Below, one piece after another: positions 62,604-64,000 of a stretch of 64,000 nucleotides of DNA (position 1 is its first letter; each line of letters opens with the position of its first letter). Location of the stretch: NCBI GenBank assembly GCA_965209035.1, contig OZ242372.1:192001-256000 (forward strand), read 5' to 3'. The notes beneath the pieces were generated by a model, which saw only the letters and a program-made list of their open reading frames with translations, did not search any database and was not told the origin of the DNA. This DNA comes from Gammaproteobacteria bacterium. Lineage in GTDB: Bacteria > Pseudomonadota > Gammaproteobacteria > CBDBNL01 > JAAOII01. Position numbers and translations under genes: made by a program.

Positions 62604-62804
62604 AAAGAACCTTCACTCACCCGGCAAAACATAAAAAATTCCAATCACTTAACTTCGGAAAGATTTTCTTATCTTATTCTTATCTTAGATGCTTAAAAAC
62701 TCTTGTATATGACTGTCCATCATCCGACGCAATCCTATCGGCAACTCGCGCAGGCTCGCATTAATTCGCATTAGTTCATATTTGAGGGAGGGATAGAAGC
62801 AGCC

Positions 62805-62842
62805 GGGAGCACCGGTTGGACGGCCGGGCTCCCATTATTTTA
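62805..62842 (+). terminator. GC-rich hairpin, possible terminator
   Basis: GGGAGC-A-CCGG...CCGG-GCTCCC followed by ATTATTTTT on the + strand, ~85 bp past the stop of the minus-strand GLUG gene. Confidence 0.35.
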
Positions 62843-62916
62843 ATTGCTCAAATTGCCCAACCTGCTTAAATTGTTGTGGCAGGGAAAACACATCCAGCCC
62901 GTCCCCGCAGGCTGCC

Positions 62917-64000
62917 TTAGGGTGTTGGTGTTCTGCCTTGCGGTTCCAGGCCGCCGACCACGCAGTTCAAGGCCGGGTATTCCTGATCAGTGCCAAGATT
63001 CCAGACTCGGACGAAATTGCCAGGCGGTTGGGAAGGACTTTCTATTTCCTCGCCGGTGTCCGGGTTGCACCAGAAGTTACCCCAGACCTCGTAAATAGTA
63101 CCGGCAAAGCCGCTGGTCGTGGACGGCGTTCGCAGTTCCTCTTCGGTTTTACTTTCGCCGCTGCCCGATTGGCCTGTGGTGGTTGTGTTCCAATAAGACG
63201 CATTGACTGTCGAAGCACCCAAACCGCTTAATCCGCCTACGCTGGTGCCGGAAGAACCGGATACACTGCCACCGACCACATAAGAGAAACTAATACTCAC
63301 ACCGGTGTCGAATCCTATTAATCCGCCTATACGGTTAGTACTAGAAGTAGTTCCTGCATTCATATCAGCCACATAAGAGTGCCTAATGGTCGCTCTGGCA
63401 CCGAATCCTATTAATCCGCCTATATCGGAAGCAGCAGAGGATAAGCTGCTGCTGGTCACATAAGACTGCACAATAGTGGCATCGTTGGCGTTTCCTACTA
63501 ACCCGCCTACGTTAACATCTCTGGATATTATGTTGCTGCCGGTCATATAAGAGCGACTAATCGTTACATTTGTACCGGTTCCTATTAATCCGCCAGTGCT
63601 AGCCGCTCCGTTTATTGTGCTATCTTTAACGATCACTTGGCTGATCATGGCATTCCGGGCACGGCCGGCGAGAGATCCTATATTACTGCTTGTGCTGCTA
63701 ACTCTTCCTGAAAGAAAAATGTTTTCCAGATTGGCGTTGTCGCCTACCCCAACTAACAAAGCGATAAATTGATCGCTGGTGACACTTGCATCCAACAAGC
63801 GCAGATTGCGAATTGTGCCATTGAGGGCAGCGAACAACCCGACTCCGATTGTTGTGCTACGCCCAATCAACAGTCCGACGATGTTGTGGTTGTTCCCTTC
63901 AAAAATTCCCGTATATGCTGTACAATCCGCTGAACTACTGCAGGAGCCGATCGGTACCCAGCCATTGCCGATCGTCCAGACAGATTGGTTGTTGCTGCCC
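62917..64000 (-). CDS. GLUG-module surface protein C (3' part, runs off right edge)
   Basis: The frame appears open to the window end (...NGWVPIGSC...AYTGIFEGNNH). GGLIG repeats; ends WGNFWCNPDTGEE...RVWNLG..EYPALNC..GGLEPQGR like proteins A and B. Confidence 0.85.
   Translation of the reverse strand, partial: GSNNQSVWTIGNGWVPIGSCSSSADCTAYTGIFEGNNHNIVGLLIGRSTTIGVGLFAALNGTIRNLRLLDASVTSDQFIALLVGVGDNANLENIFLSGRVSSTSSNIGSLAGRARNAMISQVIVKDSTINGAASTGGLIGTGTNVTISRSYMTGSNIISRDVNVGGLVGNANDATIVQSYVTSSSLSSAASDIGGLIGFGARATIRHSYVADMNAGTTSSTNRIGGLIGFDTGVSISFSYVVGGSVSGSSGTSVGGLSGLGASTVNASYWNTTTTGQSGSGESKTEEELRTPSTTSGFAGTIYEVWGNFWCNPDTGEEIESPSQPPGNFVRVWNLGTDQEYPALNCVVGGLEPQGRTPTP

Noticed and set aside
62400-62760. 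Replication origin
   Set aside because: AT-rich and repetitive, but I found no DnaA-box cluster and no origin-linked genes nearby.

Overview
This looks like a chromosomal window from a Gammaproteobacterium (tRNA-Leu-tig-clpP-clpX-lon, hflD-purB, sdhE-ygfX, ruvX-pyrB-pyrC', Na+-NQR, skp-fabZ-lpxA-lpxB). Its shuffled operons, tight gene overlaps and many slippage micro-duplications suggest a host-associated, probably marine lineage (inference). 1-19.2 kb is an accessory surface-protein locus. It holds two giant lipoproteins (~2490 and ~2650 aa; FN3/cadherin-like, thrombospondin-3-like Asp repeats, GLUG modules, Gly-rich tail) alternating with an uncharacterised outer-membrane beta-barrel. The barrel occurs as one full gene, one partial copy identical over 629 bp, and one diverged 3' remnant; a stray dnaE 3' fragment lies in the same locus. 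19.6-62.4 kb is mostly housekeeping with several oddities: cfa inside a split nqr operon, an NqrC with repeated flavinylation motifs, pyrC' frameshifted by a perfect 34-bp duplication, and lipid A remodelling candidates (GnnB/WbpE-like aminotransferase, two LpxL-family acyltransferases, LpxF-like PAP2). A third GLUG-module gene runs off the right edge. I saw no integrase, transposase, CRISPR array or reverse transcriptase. All family assignments come from motif recognition by eye, not database searches.
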